Positions 36,200-46,415 of a DNA stretch of 64,000 bases are shown piece by piece. The DNA lies in contig DGKJ01000029.1 in NCBI GenBank assembly GCA_002387735.1, positions 5,015-69,014 on the forward strand, in the 5' to 3' direction. The notes under the pieces are model-generated. The model searched no databases, had not been told where the DNA came from, and saw nothing but the letters and a program-made list of their open reading frames with translations. This DNA is from Bacteriovoracaceae bacterium UBA4573. Its GTDB lineage: Bacteria; Bdellovibrionota; UBA1018; UBA923. Each line of letters opens with the position of its first letter. Positions within the stretch are counted from its first letter, which is position 1. The translations under genes and the position numbers were made by a program.

Positions 36200-37364
36200 T
36201 CGCACGCGCCACGTGGGCGGCAAGCGACACACAGCCTTGAATTAAATAACCGCCAGTCGGGGCGTCCCATGAGAGCATTTCTCCGGCGAGGTAGACGCCA
36301 GGGTATCGCTTTAACATTAAGTTCTGGTCCACCTCGGTCCACGCCACCCCACCGCTAGTGGAAATGGCCTCGTCGATCGGTCGGCTGCGATTTAATTTAA
36401 TTGGGAACCTTTTGAGCAAGCGAGCTAGTTCCATGGGATTCTCGACCAAACTTCCGTGGTGATAAAGCAGCGCTTGAACGGTTTTCTGAGGCCGAAGAGC
36501 GCGCTGCACCAGTCGAATCGGACCAAGTTTTTCGCGTACTTTACTAAATTTTTCGACGATCATTTCACTAGTATAATCTGGAAACAAATCAATCCAAGCT
36601 GGTCCCGAAATCCCCAACGTATAAATGGGTGTTCCCTCGAGGCCATATTGCGTTACGAGGAGTTCGCCTCGCATTGACCCGCGTGTCGTTTCCAAACCGA
36701 TATTTTTTATGGGCTGACCTTCAGCCTCTTTTAAAAACTCTGATGCCCATTCCACTTCGAACCCTACGTTCGAGGCACAAAGCGTTTCGATCGCCACACC
36801 TTTTTTTTTGAACATCTCTGGCCAGCTCAAATCGTTTTCATAGCTTCCACCACCGAGAGCAAAACAAACGGCGTGCCCATGAAAGGCGCCTACGGCGCCC
36901 TCGCGTGTCTGATACCGCAATTGTGGACCACTCGAAGTAGAATCGAAGTCCGTCACCTTGGTGTCGGACTCAATTCTCACGCCCTGTTGTTCAAGGCGGT
37001 CAATCCAAGCCTTCACCAACTTGGAAGCTTTCATGTTTTTCAAAAAATATCGACCAGAGGTTCCAAGATAAGTCTGCTGGCCCAACTCATTAAGAAACTG
37101 CAGCCAATCCTTGGGCGAGAACGCCCGGAGAATTTCAGACCAAAACTTGGCATTTGGCGCGCCCATATAACGCTCGTGGAACGTCTCCTCGGAGGTCGAG
37201 TGCGTCACATTGAGGCCCGAACTTCCGGCGATTAACAACTTTCGCGCCAGAGCAGGATTTTTCTCAAAAAGAACGACAGAAGCGCCTGATCGCGAAAGCA
37301 GATCGGCCACCATTAAACCGGCTGGACCTGATCCAACTACAGCGACTCGGTCGTCGATCCGCAC
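36174..37364 (-). CDS. HI0933/YhiN-family FAD/NAD(P)-binding flavoprotein
   Basis: Rossmann VAVVGSGPAGLMVADLL. Body collinear with the TIGR00275 family (GSGxxN...IGNGGRC-like). 396 aa. Confidence 0.75.
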   Translation of the reverse strand: MRIDDRVAVVGSGPAGLMVADLLSRSGASVVLFEKNPALARKLLIAGSSGLNVTHSTSEETFHERYMGAPNAKFWSEILRAFSPKDWLQFLNELGQQTYLGTSGRYFLKNMKASKLVKAWIDRLEQQGVRIESDTKVTDFDSTSSGPQLRYQTREGAVGAFHGHAVCFALGGGSYENDLSWPEMFKKKGVAIETLCASNVGFEVEWASEFLKEAEGQPIKNIGLETTRGSMRGELLVTQYGLEGTPIYTLGISGPAWIDLFPDYTSEMIVEKFSKVREKLGPIRLVQRALRPQKTVQALLYHHGSLVENPMELARLLKRFPIKLNRSRPIDEAISTSGGVAWTEVDQNLMLKRYPGVYLAGEMLSWDAPTGGYLIQGCVSLAAHVARAIKNQPKRS

Positions 37365-37366
37365 GC

Positions 37367-37849
37367 TCAGTGGTGGTGGTGCCCGCCGCGCCCGTGGGCG
37401 TGACCATGAGATAATTCTTCTGGAGTAGCAGCGCGTATTTCAACGATTTCAACGTCGAAAAACAAATCTTGTCCCGCAAGTGGGTGGTTGCCATCAACGC
37501 TCACGTGAGTTGCCGAAGTCTTAACAACGGTAAATACCGGAGACGCTTCCTGATCCGAACCCGGACCACCGATTTTAAATTGCATTCCTACTTGAATGTC
37601 TTCGTTTGGAGGGAACTGAGTGCGTGGCACGTCGAATGCTAGTTCGCTATCTTTTTCGCCGTAAGCGTCTTTAGCTTTCACTTCTACTTTTTTCTTATCT
37701 CCGCTAGCGCAGCTTTTTAACTGAGATTCCAGTCCTGGAATGATTTGACCGCTACCTTCAAGATAAGTCATGGGTTCGCCGCCTGAAGAACTATCGAGTA
37801 GCTCACCGCTTTTATTTTTGAGAACGTAGTGAAAACTTACAACACGCAT
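37367..37849 (-). CDS. slyD: FKBP-type peptidyl-prolyl isomerase / metallochaperone SlyD with His-rich tail
   Basis: Collinear with E. coli SlyD (VSFHYVLK...LEGSGQIIPGLE...VDGNHPLAGQDLFFDVEIVEIRAATPEELSHGH). C-terminal HGHAHGRGGHHHH. Confidence 0.8.
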   Translation of the reverse strand: MRVVSFHYVLKNKSGELLDSSSGGEPMTYLEGSGQIIPGLESQLKSCASGDKKKVEVKAKDAYGEKDSELAFDVPRTQFPPNEDIQVGMQFKIGGPGSDQEASPVFTVVKTSATHVSVDGNHPLAGQDLFFDVEIVEIRAATPEELSHGHAHGRGGHHHH

Positions 37850-37878
37850 AGAATGCCTCTTTTCTTTGATTAGAGCCG

Positions 37879-39294
37879 TTAAAAATGAATCGCTCTTTTG
37901 TGTACAGCGAGCGCCGCTTCTTTCATGGCCTCAGGAAGCGTGGGGTGGGCGTGCGTTGAGAGCGCAATGTCTTCCGCTGACCCACCAAACTCCATCACCA
38001 TGACGGCCTCTGCAATCATGTCAGACGCCCGAGGACCTACCATATGCAGGCCCAAAAGTCGGTCCGTTTTTGCGTCAGCGATTATTTTGATCATTCCTTC
38101 GGATTCGTCCATGGCCTTAGCACGCCCGTTGGCAATAAAGGGAAAGGTCCCTGTGCGAACCGCGATCTCTTTGGCCTTGCAGTCTTGTTCGCTCATACCA
38201 ACTGTTGCGAGTTCCGGCCAAGTGTAGATTACACTCGGAATAGCGTCGTAGTTCACGTGGCCAGCCTTACCAGCCATTATTTCAGCTACTGCGATGCCTT
38301 CGTCTTCCGCCTTGTGGGCAAGCATAGGCCCCCGCACTACGTCGCCGATTGCGTACACGCCTGCTACCTTTGTTCGAAAATGATTGTCGATTTCAATGCG
38401 GCCAGCCTTATCGGTAGCAAGCCCAATTTTATCGAGTCCTAAATTGTCGGTGAAGGGCTTACGTCCCACTGCTACCAATACTACGTCGGCCTCGATCGTT
38501 TCACGAGTACCGCCCGCCGCTGGCTCCATCTCAACAGCTGCTTTCGACCCTACGTTTTGAACGTTCACCACTTTGGTCGCGAGTTTGAATTTCATTCCTT
38601 GGCGTTGCAATATTTTCAACAACTCACCGCTAATTTGGTGATCGGCGAAACTCGCGATGCGTTCGTTGTATTCCACCACTGTGACATCAGCGCCCAAACG
38701 CATCCAGACCGAACCCATTTCAAGTCCAATCGCTCCCCCTCCAATGACGACCATGGATTTTGGCACCTGAGGCAGCGCCAGCGCTTCAGTCGAACTTATC
38801 ACTCGTACGCCATCGAGCGCAGCAACCGGAATTCTGGCCACATCACTACCAGTGGCAATCACGATGTTTTTCGCAGAAATCGTTTCTTTCGCACCATTTT
38901 CAGCAACCACTTCTACCGTGCCCGGCGCCGTGATGCGGCCGTGACCGACCAAATGAGCAATTTTATTTTTTTTAAACAGTCCAGCAATTCCAGTCGTAAG
39001 TCCCGTTACAACTTGATCTTTGCGTTTCATCATTTGGCCAAGATCAATTTTAAGATCTCCGACCACCAGACCGTGTTTGGCGGCTTTGTGTTTCACAAAT
39101 GCAAAGTGTTCACTCGAATCAAGCAGGGCCTTCGAAGGAATACAGCCAATGTTGAGACAAGTCCCGCCCAGTGCTTTTCGTTTTTCGACGCAAGCGGTCT
39201 TCATGCCAAGCTGGGCACTGCGAATTGCACCCACGTATCCGGCCGGGCCACCACCGATATAAACTACATCGTACTGTTCCATTTTACGGCTCAA
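37879..39294 (-). CDS. lpdA: Dihydrolipoyl dehydrogenase (E3)
   Basis: [13 protein letters not shown]. Redox-active disulfide [14 protein letters not shown]-terminal HAHPTLPE. Confidence 0.9.
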   Translation of the reverse strand: MSRKMEQYDVVYIGGGPAGYVGAIRSAQLGMKTACVEKRKALGGTCLNIGCIPSKALLDSSEHFAFVKHKAAKHGLVVGDLKIDLGQMMKRKDQVVTGLTTGIAGLFKKNKIAHLVGHGRITAPGTVEVVAENGAKETISAKNIVIATGSDVARIPVAALDGVRVISSTEALALPQVPKSMVVIGGGAIGLEMGSVWMRLGADVTVVEYNERIASFADHQISGELLKILQRQGMKFKLATKVVNVQNVGSKAAVEMEPAAGGTRETIEADVVLVAVGRKPFTDNLGLDKIGLATDKAGRIEIDNHFRTKVAGVYAIGDVVRGPMLAHKAEDEGIAVAEIMAGKAGHVNYDAIPSVIYTWPELATVGMSEQDCKAKEIAVRTGTFPFIANGRAKAMDESEGMIKIIADAKTDRLLGLHMVGPRASDMIAEAVMVMEFGGSAEDIALSTHAHPTLPEAMKEAALAVHKRAIHF

Positions 39295-40522
39295 ATCCTA
39301 AAGAAGTTGGGTTTTCGATGCCCTCTTTCACTTTAATCAAAAACGTCACGGCTTCTTTGCCGTCGATAATTCGATGGTCGTAGGAAAGCGCTACGAACAT
39401 CATGGGTCGGATAACCACCTGACCATTGACCGCCATGGGGCGCTCCTGAATTTTGTGCATGCCAAGAATCCCGCTTTGAGGCGGATTCAAAATCGGAGTT
39501 GAAAGAAGAGACCCATAAGTACCACCATTACTGATGGTGAAAGTCCCTCCCGTGAGTTCTTTAATCGAGAGTTTTCCGTCTCGCGCTTTCAGCGCCAACG
39601 CACCGATGCCTTTTTCTATATCTACGAAATTCATGTGACCAACTTCGCGCAACACTGGAACCACCAGTCCCCGCTCGGTTCCAACCGCAATCCCTATATC
39701 GTAGTAGTCGTGATAAACGATTTCTTTGCCGTCTATGAAAGCATTTACAGCTGGAACAGCTTTGAGTGCCTCGACAACTGCTCGAGTAAAAAAAGACATA
39801 AAACTAAGATTCACACCATGTTTACTCTTAAACGCGTCTTTATGTTGGCTACGCAAAGCCATGGTGTTGCTCATATCAATTTCGTTGAACGTCGTGAGTA
39901 TTGCTGCCGTATGTTGAGCCTGCACCAAACGTTCAGCGATGCGCTGCCGAAGTAAAGTCATGGGAACGCGCCGCTCTCGCGCATTGGGATCAGCAATCGA
40001 GGTTGTTGTCGATGGTGTCGAACCCGTAGAGCCCCGAGAGGAACGTGTTTCTTGATAAGCGATAACATCGCCGTTGGTGATTCGCCCGCCTCGCCCGGTT
40101 CCGGGAATTTGCCCGACGTCGAGTCCCGCCTCAACTACGGCTTTGCGGACGGATGGCGAAAGCGGCATTGCAACGCCCGCAGCAGTAGCGCCCGCACCCA
40201 TAGGTGCTGGACTAGCACTCATCGTAGTAGCCACTGTCGGGCTCGGCTGTGTTGCAGCTGGTTTAGCCGCTGCGACAGTTCCAGCAGCCCCTTCTTGAAT
40301 GTGCCCCAGGACTTCTCCGATTTTTACAGTCTCGCCGGCCTGGCGGGTGATCTGAATGGCTCCGTTATATTCGGCCACTACCTCGACCGTCGCTTTGTCG
40401 GATTCGATTTCCAGCAAAACATCACCGACCTTAACGGCATCGCCAGATTGTTTTTTCCAACCTGCAATTCGAACCTCTGTAATGGATTCACCCACACTTG
40501 GCGCTTTAATCTCTCGATTCAC
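39284..40522 (-). CDS. sucB: Dihydrolipoamide succinyltransferase (E2 of 2-oxoglutarate dehydrogenase)
   Basis: Lipoyl domain [11 protein letters not shown]. Ala/Pro linker. Catalytic [13 protein letters not shown]. Sits directly downstream of sucA. Confidence 0.85.
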   Translation of the reverse strand: MNREIKAPSVGESITEVRIAGWKKQSGDAVKVGDVLLEIESDKATVEVVAEYNGAIQITRQAGETVKIGEVLGHIQEGAAGTVAAAKPAATQPSPTVATTMSASPAPMGAGATAAGVAMPLSPSVRKAVVEAGLDVGQIPGTGRGGRITNGDVIAYQETRSSRGSTGSTPSTTTSIADPNARERRVPMTLLRQRIAERLVQAQHTAAILTTFNEIDMSNTMALRSQHKDAFKSKHGVNLSFMSFFTRAVVEALKAVPAVNAFIDGKEIVYHDYYDIGIAVGTERGLVVPVLREVGHMNFVDIEKGIGALALKARDGKLSIKELTGGTFTISNGGTYGSLLSTPILNPPQSGILGMHKIQERPMAVNGQVVIRPMMFVALSYDHRIIDGKEAVTFLIKVKEGIENPTSLGFEP

Positions 40523-40594
40523 TGGAGTTCTCCTATGATGCCCATAGGTTATCGGAGTTACTCGAGGCTGCCAAGCAAGGAAATAAGTCGAATC

Positions 40595-43423
40595 TTAAGC
40601 CAACGCGGCTTCGATGAGCGCTTTTTGTTCTTTCTCGTGTACTTTGGCAGACCCGACTGCCGGGGCCGCTGAGGCCCCGCGCCCTACGTACGAGAGACGC
40701 TGCCCTGCGACTAGGTTGTTTTCGAGGTAGTCACGCACGAAAAGCCAAGCACCCATGTTGCGAGGTTCCTCTTGCACCCACATGACTTCTTTAGCATTGG
40801 GGTATTTTTTTAATTCCGACTCTATCTGTTTTGTCGGCCACGGATAAAGCTGCTCGACCCGAACAATGGCCACGTCACTGCGCCCTTTTGTTTTGCGAGC
40901 TGCCTGTAGGTCGTAGAAAACTTTACCCGAACAAAACAGTACACGCCCCACTCGTTCGGCATCGGCCCCCGAATCGGCGATCACTTCCGAAAACCCAGCC
41001 GACGTAAAGTCCGCAAGCTTACTAACCGCTTCGGGATGCCGCAATAAACTCTTGGGCGACATCACGACTAAGGGCTTTCGAAAATCACGGAGCAATTGGC
41101 GACGAAGCGCGTGAAATATTTGAGCTGGCGTCGTTAGATTGCAGACCTGCATGTTGTTTTTAGCACAAAGCTGCAAAAATCGTTCTAACCGAGCACTTGA
41201 GTGTTCGGGCCCCTGGCCTTCGTAACCATGTGGCAGCAATAACGTAACGCCGCTCATGCGTTGCCATTTCATTTCCGAACTGGCGATAAACTGGTCGATA
41301 ATTACTTGAGCGCCATTTGCGAAATCGCCAAACTGAGCTTCCCAAATTGTGAGCACACTCGGATCGGCAATCGAATACCCGTATTCAAATCCAAGAACCC
41401 CTGTCTCAGAGAGGTTCGAATTATAAACTTCAAATCGCCCCTGCCCCGACTTGAGGTGATTGAGCGGAGAATATTTTCCATCTTTTGAGTAATTTGCGAA
41501 AACCGAGTGGCGATGGCTGAACGTACCACGCTCACAGTCTTGCCCGGAAAGCCGAATCGAACGTCCTTCGACTAACAGAGACCCATAAGCCAGCAATTCG
41601 CCAGTACCCCAATCGATATTCTGACCAGTTTCAACTGATTTCGCCCGAGTTTCCAAGAGTCGCACCAATTTCGGGTGAACTTCGAAATCGGCGGGAACTT
41701 CAGTCATTTTTTTCCCGATTTCTTTGAGTGTTGTTTCTTTCACTGCGGTTTGAGTTCGAACCCAAATGTCTTCGTCCGATGCGCGCTTTAGGCCCTTCCA
41801 CGCACCTTCGAATACCGAAACATGGGGAGCCTTGGCTGCGGATTTCGCTCGGGCATGTGCTTCGGTCAGTAATCCATTAATTTGCTGTACGATCATGTCC
41901 GCATCGGCTGCGCTCAAGTCACCGCGTGCGGCAAGCTCCGCGGCGTAGGTTTCGCGGGGACTGCGATGATCTTTAATTTTACGATACATCGCTGGTTGCG
42001 TGAATCCTGGCTCATCTCCTTCGTTGTGGCCATATTTGCGGTAACAAATAAGGTCGATCACAACGTCTTTGTGAAATTTCTGGCGATAGTCCATCGCAAG
42101 TTCGGTTACGTACACACACGCTTCGGCGTCGTCACCATTTACGTGGAATATGGGGGACTCAAGCATTTTCGCTAGATCGGTGGAATAAGTCGTCGAACGC
42201 GCATCACAGGGAGAGGTGGTGAACCCAACTTGATTGTTGATCACAAAGTGAATGGTTCCACCGGTGGCATAACCGGCCAACTGGGACAACTGAAGAGTTT
42301 CGTACACTACGCCTTGCCCCGCAAACGCAGCATCACCATGAATAAGCACGGGTACCACCTTTTCACGGGCCACGTCTTGTTTCATGGTCTGTTTAGCGCG
42401 TGCCATGCCCTCTACCACTGGATTCACAAATTCAAGGTGGCTCGGATTTGAGGCCAACGAAAGGTGAATAACTCCCGACGGCGTTTGCATGTCGGCTGAA
42501 TAGCCCATGTGGTACTTCACGTCGCCTTCACCGAGTGACGTATCTACCTGGTAGGTACCTTCAAATTCGGTAAAAATGTCTTCGTATTTTTTCCCGAAAA
42601 TATTGGTAAGAACATTCAACCGCCCGCGATGGGCCATTCCCATAACCATATCACTCGCGCCAAGCGCCGACGCGCGAACCGCGAGCCGATCAAGCATTGG
42701 GATTATCGCGTCTCCACCTTCGACCGAAAATCTCTTTTGCGCTACGAACCGGGTGTGCAGATAGCGCTCAAAACATTCTGCTTCCGTAAGTTTTTTTAAA
42801 ATTTGTTTTTTAATCGCACCGTCAAACTGCGGGCGATTGCGCACTTTTTCCATGCGATCTTCTAACCAATGACGCGAGCCTGGATCTTCAATGTGGGTGT
42901 ACTCGACACCGATTTTTCCGCAATAGGTCTCATGCAACATCGCAAGAATCTCACGCAACGTAGCGGGTTGAGTAAACCCCAAGAGGCGCGCCGCCGTAAA
43001 CTTGCGCTCCAGATCGGCCTCAGATAATTCGAATTTTTTTAGATCCAACAGTTCGTGACTCTTGGTAGGCGACTCGAGCGGATTCGTGTCCGCCAATAAT
43101 CGCCCGAGTTCGCGATAGGCTTGAATCAATTCTGCAACTTTCGCTTCGTGACTGAGAGCACTCGAAAGCGGGGTGACTGGCGCAGCTGTCGCGACTAATT
43201 GGGGTCCACTCGCACCACCGTTGCCATTGGCGTGACCATTGGATTTTCCGTTGGACAGGTGTTCTTCGGCGTCGTCTTTGGCCGCACCTTCGCCCATCAC
43301 GAGCCCGTCAAAGAAATACTGCCAACTTTCGTCAACCGAGTGAGGGTTTTCGAGATACCTCGCATAAAGCTCTTCAATATAATCCGCGTTTTGCGACTTT
43401 AGGTACTGAGCAGTTTGCTTCAT
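40595..43423 (-). CDS. sucA: 2-oxoglutarate dehydrogenase E1 component
   Basis: 942 aa. TPP-binding GDAAFAGQGVV and ...HGYEGQGPEHSSARLERFLQL... blocks characteristic of SucA/OdhA. Confidence 0.9.
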   Translation of the reverse strand: MKQTAQYLKSQNADYIEELYARYLENPHSVDESWQYFFDGLVMGEGAAKDDAEEHLSNGKSNGHANGNGGASGPQLVATAAPVTPLSSALSHEAKVAELIQAYRELGRLLADTNPLESPTKSHELLDLKKFELSEADLERKFTAARLLGFTQPATLREILAMLHETYCGKIGVEYTHIEDPGSRHWLEDRMEKVRNRPQFDGAIKKQILKKLTEAECFERYLHTRFVAQKRFSVEGGDAIIPMLDRLAVRASALGASDMVMGMAHRGRLNVLTNIFGKKYEDIFTEFEGTYQVDTSLGEGDVKYHMGYSADMQTPSGVIHLSLASNPSHLEFVNPVVEGMARAKQTMKQDVAREKVVPVLIHGDAAFAGQGVVYETLQLSQLAGYATGGTIHFVINNQVGFTTSPCDARSTTYSTDLAKMLESPIFHVNGDDAEACVYVTELAMDYRQKFHKDVVIDLICYRKYGHNEGDEPGFTQPAMYRKIKDHRSPRETYAAELAARGDLSAADADMIVQQINGLLTEAHARAKSAAKAPHVSVFEGAWKGLKRASDEDIWVRTQTAVKETTLKEIGKKMTEVPADFEVHPKLVRLLETRAKSVETGQNIDWGTGELLAYGSLLVEGRSIRLSGQDCERGTFSHRHSVFANYSKDGKYSPLNHLKSGQGRFEVYNSNLSETGVLGFEYGYSIADPSVLTIWEAQFGDFANGAQVIIDQFIASSEMKWQRMSGVTLLLPHGYEGQGPEHSSARLERFLQLCAKNNMQVCNLTTPAQIFHALRRQLLRDFRKPLVVMSPKSLLRHPEAVSKLADFTSAGFSEVIADSGADAERVGRVLFCSGKVFYDLQAARKTKGRSDVAIVRVEQLYPWPTKQIESELKKYPNAKEVMWVQEEPRNMGAWLFVRDYLENNLVAGQRLSYVGRGASAAPAVGSAKVHEKEQKALIEAALA

Positions 43424-43576
43424 GGTCGAATGCCTTTTCCTCTATGTGTTGCCTCTTTATCGGCAGTTTCTTAAGTTTCTCTGTAGAAAAATCAACATAG
43501 CGCCACGACGATCAGGCGCGCAAGCCAGGAAAATGGGCAAAATAATCCAGTTGTTATTGTCCTGGAAAGCCTAAGC

Positions 43577-45610
43577 TTAATCTTCTCCCAAAACGATTTT
43601 GCATCCGCCAGCCCCTGCGTCGTCAACCGGACTTTTTGCGGCACTTGGGCCAGTACCCTTGGTATTGTCCTTACGTCTAGGTCCACTGCCGCCTAGTTCG
43701 TGGCTTAACATCGCTCGCCCCTGAGTGACTCGCGATACGGGGGCGTAACTGAGAACCAACGCCAGGGCGCGTTTAATACGTTCGACCCGCTCGACAATCA
43801 AACTAGCGGTCGCATCCGCTTCGGTGCCGGATTCGGTCGATTCCTGAGATACTTCCGTCGTCGCATTGAGTTGCTGCGCGGTTGAGTCTAACGCCTCAAG
43901 GCGCGCCGCTAACATACCAAACATGCCCTTTGGAAAGCCGGTACGACTAGCGATTCCCGCATTCAACGGTGAGCGCGCTACGAATCGCTGACGATCTTCC
44001 CGATAGCCCAAATATTTTAAAGTCTCTTCGATGGTCTCAACGCCGCGAGTGTTGCTCCCCGAAACAAAATCGACCACATCTTTCCAAAGCTCCTCGACGA
44101 TCATCTGAGCCAATAGGGTTTCGAGCGTCTGATATTTGCCCAGCGTCGAAGCAATTAAAAACGACTCAGGTAACTCTAACTTATTGTTGTCTTGCGAACG
44201 CTGCAGAACTTCTTCCATGTACTTCGTGACCGCAAGATACAAGTGCAATGCTTTAAGATATGGGGTCGTATAAATCTTATGAATCGGGTCGTTTTCGAAA
44301 AAACGATACTGCACGATTCGATAAATCGGAAGCGGATGGGTTCCATTGAGCAACTGCTCCATCAGTGTGGGATCTTCAGACACCTGAATCGAAATTTCTT
44401 CGGCCACTTTCAAAGCGGCTTCGCGACTAGCCGCGCCTACCAAGAGAAGGTCCGCATTTTCTGCTGCCGTCGTCGAAGTTGAGATCTGACCAAGGCGATC
44501 AGAGGTCACCTCGCAAGAGCGTCCGTATTTTTCGAGGTAAGCCTTGATTTGCTCGATCATGTTGTTGATCGCCTCGGGCGAGGCCGCGTTAGCCTGCGGC
44601 ACTTCTACGGCCTCTAGTGGAAACAAACTTTGGGAACTAGAGCGCAGCAAGTCTTTTTTAACTCTCTTGCGAATAAACGTTGAAAGTTTCTGACTAGCGT
44701 CGAAGAGATCGATTCCCATGTCGCCCTGTTTTAAACGAGCATGGAAAGGTTCACTCATTTTAACGGAACCAGAGTGGGAATGGTGCCAAGCGCGGGCCAG
44801 CTGTTCCGAAAGAGTCGCTTTCATCGATGCGCGCAAAGCAGCCACCACCTCCGCGGTTTCCGGACGTGCCTGCTGTTCCATGTCGGCGATTTGTTCTTCA
44901 ATCGAAGCTTGCAGCACGCTGACGAGCATCATTTGATTGAGTACGTGTTCGCCACGAATGTGCCCGAGTTCGTGTCCGATCACCGCCTCCAGTGCGTCGG
45001 CCGCAATCTGCTCGCGAGTTTTGCTTTCACCAGCGTTTTTCGCCAACACTTCGGCCGAATGGTTGAAGGATTGAATTAATCCCTGGAGAACTACAAAGCG
45101 GATCATCTTCCCGGTGCTAAAGGTATAAGCATTAATCTCCGGGGTATTGGCCACAAATACGACTGCGTCCTTGCGAGCTGCCGGCGAAAAGTCGAGTTTT
45201 TCGGAAACACGCTCAACCATGGCCATGATGTCAGCGTGTTGAAGCCCCGAGGCCTTCGCAAAGGCACCCGAATACACCAATGTGGTTTTTTTGATGAGTT
45301 CACCTAAATAACGTTCGGCCTCGGCCCGAATCACTCCGTAGCTGGGGAGAGACTGAAGCTTGTGCGTCACTTCAGCGTCCAGGCCATCACGAATGTCTCC
45401 CATGAACTGGTCGTCCAAAAAACGCTGGGTCATTGGATGCGACGCAAATACGTCGAGCACGGTCCTCAAGAACTTCTCGTGATCGGCAGTCCAGGGGGCC
45501 TCGGAGAGCTTAATTTTGCGAAACGGTCCCTGCTGAGACTCGTTGGCTCGGGAAACAACCGGAGCTGCCACTAGTAGAGACGCCAAAACTGCCAAAAATG
45601 TGAATTTCAT
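43577..45610 (-). CDS. Secreted M48-family metallopeptidase-domain protein with ~400-aa C-terminal extension
   Basis: Signal peptide MKFTFLAVLASLLVAAPVVSRA. INAYTFSTGKMIRFVVLQGLI...VIGHELGHIRGEH (HExxH plus downstream E), as in Ste24/HtpX-like M48 peptidases. Confidence 0.6.
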   Translation of the reverse strand: MKFTFLAVLASLLVAAPVVSRANESQQGPFRKIKLSEAPWTADHEKFLRTVLDVFASHPMTQRFLDDQFMGDIRDGLDAEVTHKLQSLPSYGVIRAEAERYLGELIKKTTLVYSGAFAKASGLQHADIMAMVERVSEKLDFSPAARKDAVVFVANTPEINAYTFSTGKMIRFVVLQGLIQSFNHSAEVLAKNAGESKTREQIAADALEAVIGHELGHIRGEHVLNQMMLVSVLQASIEEQIADMEQQARPETAEVVAALRASMKATLSEQLARAWHHSHSGSVKMSEPFHARLKQGDMGIDLFDASQKLSTFIRKRVKKDLLRSSSQSLFPLEAVEVPQANAASPEAINNMIEQIKAYLEKYGRSCEVTSDRLGQISTSTTAAENADLLLVGAASREAALKVAEEISIQVSEDPTLMEQLLNGTHPLPIYRIVQYRFFENDPIHKIYTTPYLKALHLYLAVTKYMEEVLQRSQDNNKLELPESFLIASTLGKYQTLETLLAQMIVEELWKDVVDFVSGSNTRGVETIEETLKYLGYREDRQRFVARSPLNAGIASRTGFPKGMFGMLAARLEALDSTAQQLNATTEVSQESTESGTEADATASLIVERVERIKRALALVLSYAPVSRVTQGRAMLSHELGGSGPRRKDNTKGTGPSAAKSPVDDAGAGGCKIVLGED

Positions 45611-45680
45611 GAGTTCCCTTTGTTAAAAATGTCCTCTGGTTCCCTAGCACCCCGAGAATACTTGAACAAGAACTTCTAAA

Positions 45681-46415
45681 ATGGTAGCGGTGCGTCAACT
45701 ATTCCATGAAAGGAAGTACCAAAATATGCGCACCAACAAACCGTCCTATTTGATCATTTTTTCGATTTTAGCTTCACTACCCGTATTGACCGGCGTGAAC
45801 GGGTGTCCGACAAGCACCGATAGCCACTCCCTCAATCCTGCCGGTGAGTTTTACGTCGAAGGTACTTCCGAAGTGACCCTTAGCACCCAATACCGTAGCG
45901 AAACACTCAATACTCAAACGGTATTACCGAGCTACTGGCCCAGCGTCGATGCGATTAGAGCCGCTACCACCATGAATGTACGAGTGGCCGAACGTTTGAC
46001 AGATCAAACAGTTGTTACCCTGAATCAGCTCTCGGGCGAAATCGTTCGCATTCCTCTAGATAAAACCGGCCGCGGCAGCGGACTCCTTGTTTCCCAAAAA
46101 GAGCGAGTTTCCGACGGCTGTTTCTTGATCACTAGCGAACAAGTTCACGTGCAATTTAACGAAGCCGGCGATGAGTTCGAACTTTCGTATTCTACGAATT
46201 GGTACTACGACAGCGTCGTAACCGAGCACGTCCCGTGCCCTCTTTATCTCGAAAACTACGCTGCTAACTTAATGGTCATTGGGTCCCCCGACCAGTACGC
46301 CAATCTACGGGACCGCTTATTTGTTTCTACCCAGGCTCTTAGTCTTGAAAGGATGCCAGAACTCCTCAACTTGAAGTTAACACATCACTACGTTGGTTCT
46401 CGTGTTAGCGAATAA
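45681..46415 (+). CDS. Secreted/lipoprotein hypothetical
   Basis: Signal peptide with Cys (LASLPVLTGVNGCPTS). No assignable domain. Confidence 0.4.
   Translation: MVAVRQLFHERKYQNMRTNKPSYLIIFSILASLPVLTGVNGCPTSTDSHSLNPAGEFYVEGTSEVTLSTQYRSETLNTQTVLPSYWPSVDAIRAATTMNVRVAERLTDQTVVTLNQLSGEIVRIPLDKTGRGSGLLVSQKERVSDGCFLITSEQVHVQFNEAGDEFELSYSTNWYYDSVVTEHVPCPLYLENYAANLMVIGSPDQYANLRDRLFVSTQALSLERMPELLNLKLTHHYVGSRVSE

Noticed and set aside
43424-43576. Possible hairpin (CCAGGA...TCCTGG) between the M48 peptidase gene and sucA
   Set aside because: The 6-bp stem has a ~30-nt loop and no adjacent U-run. Not convincing as a terminator. More likely the sucA promoter region.
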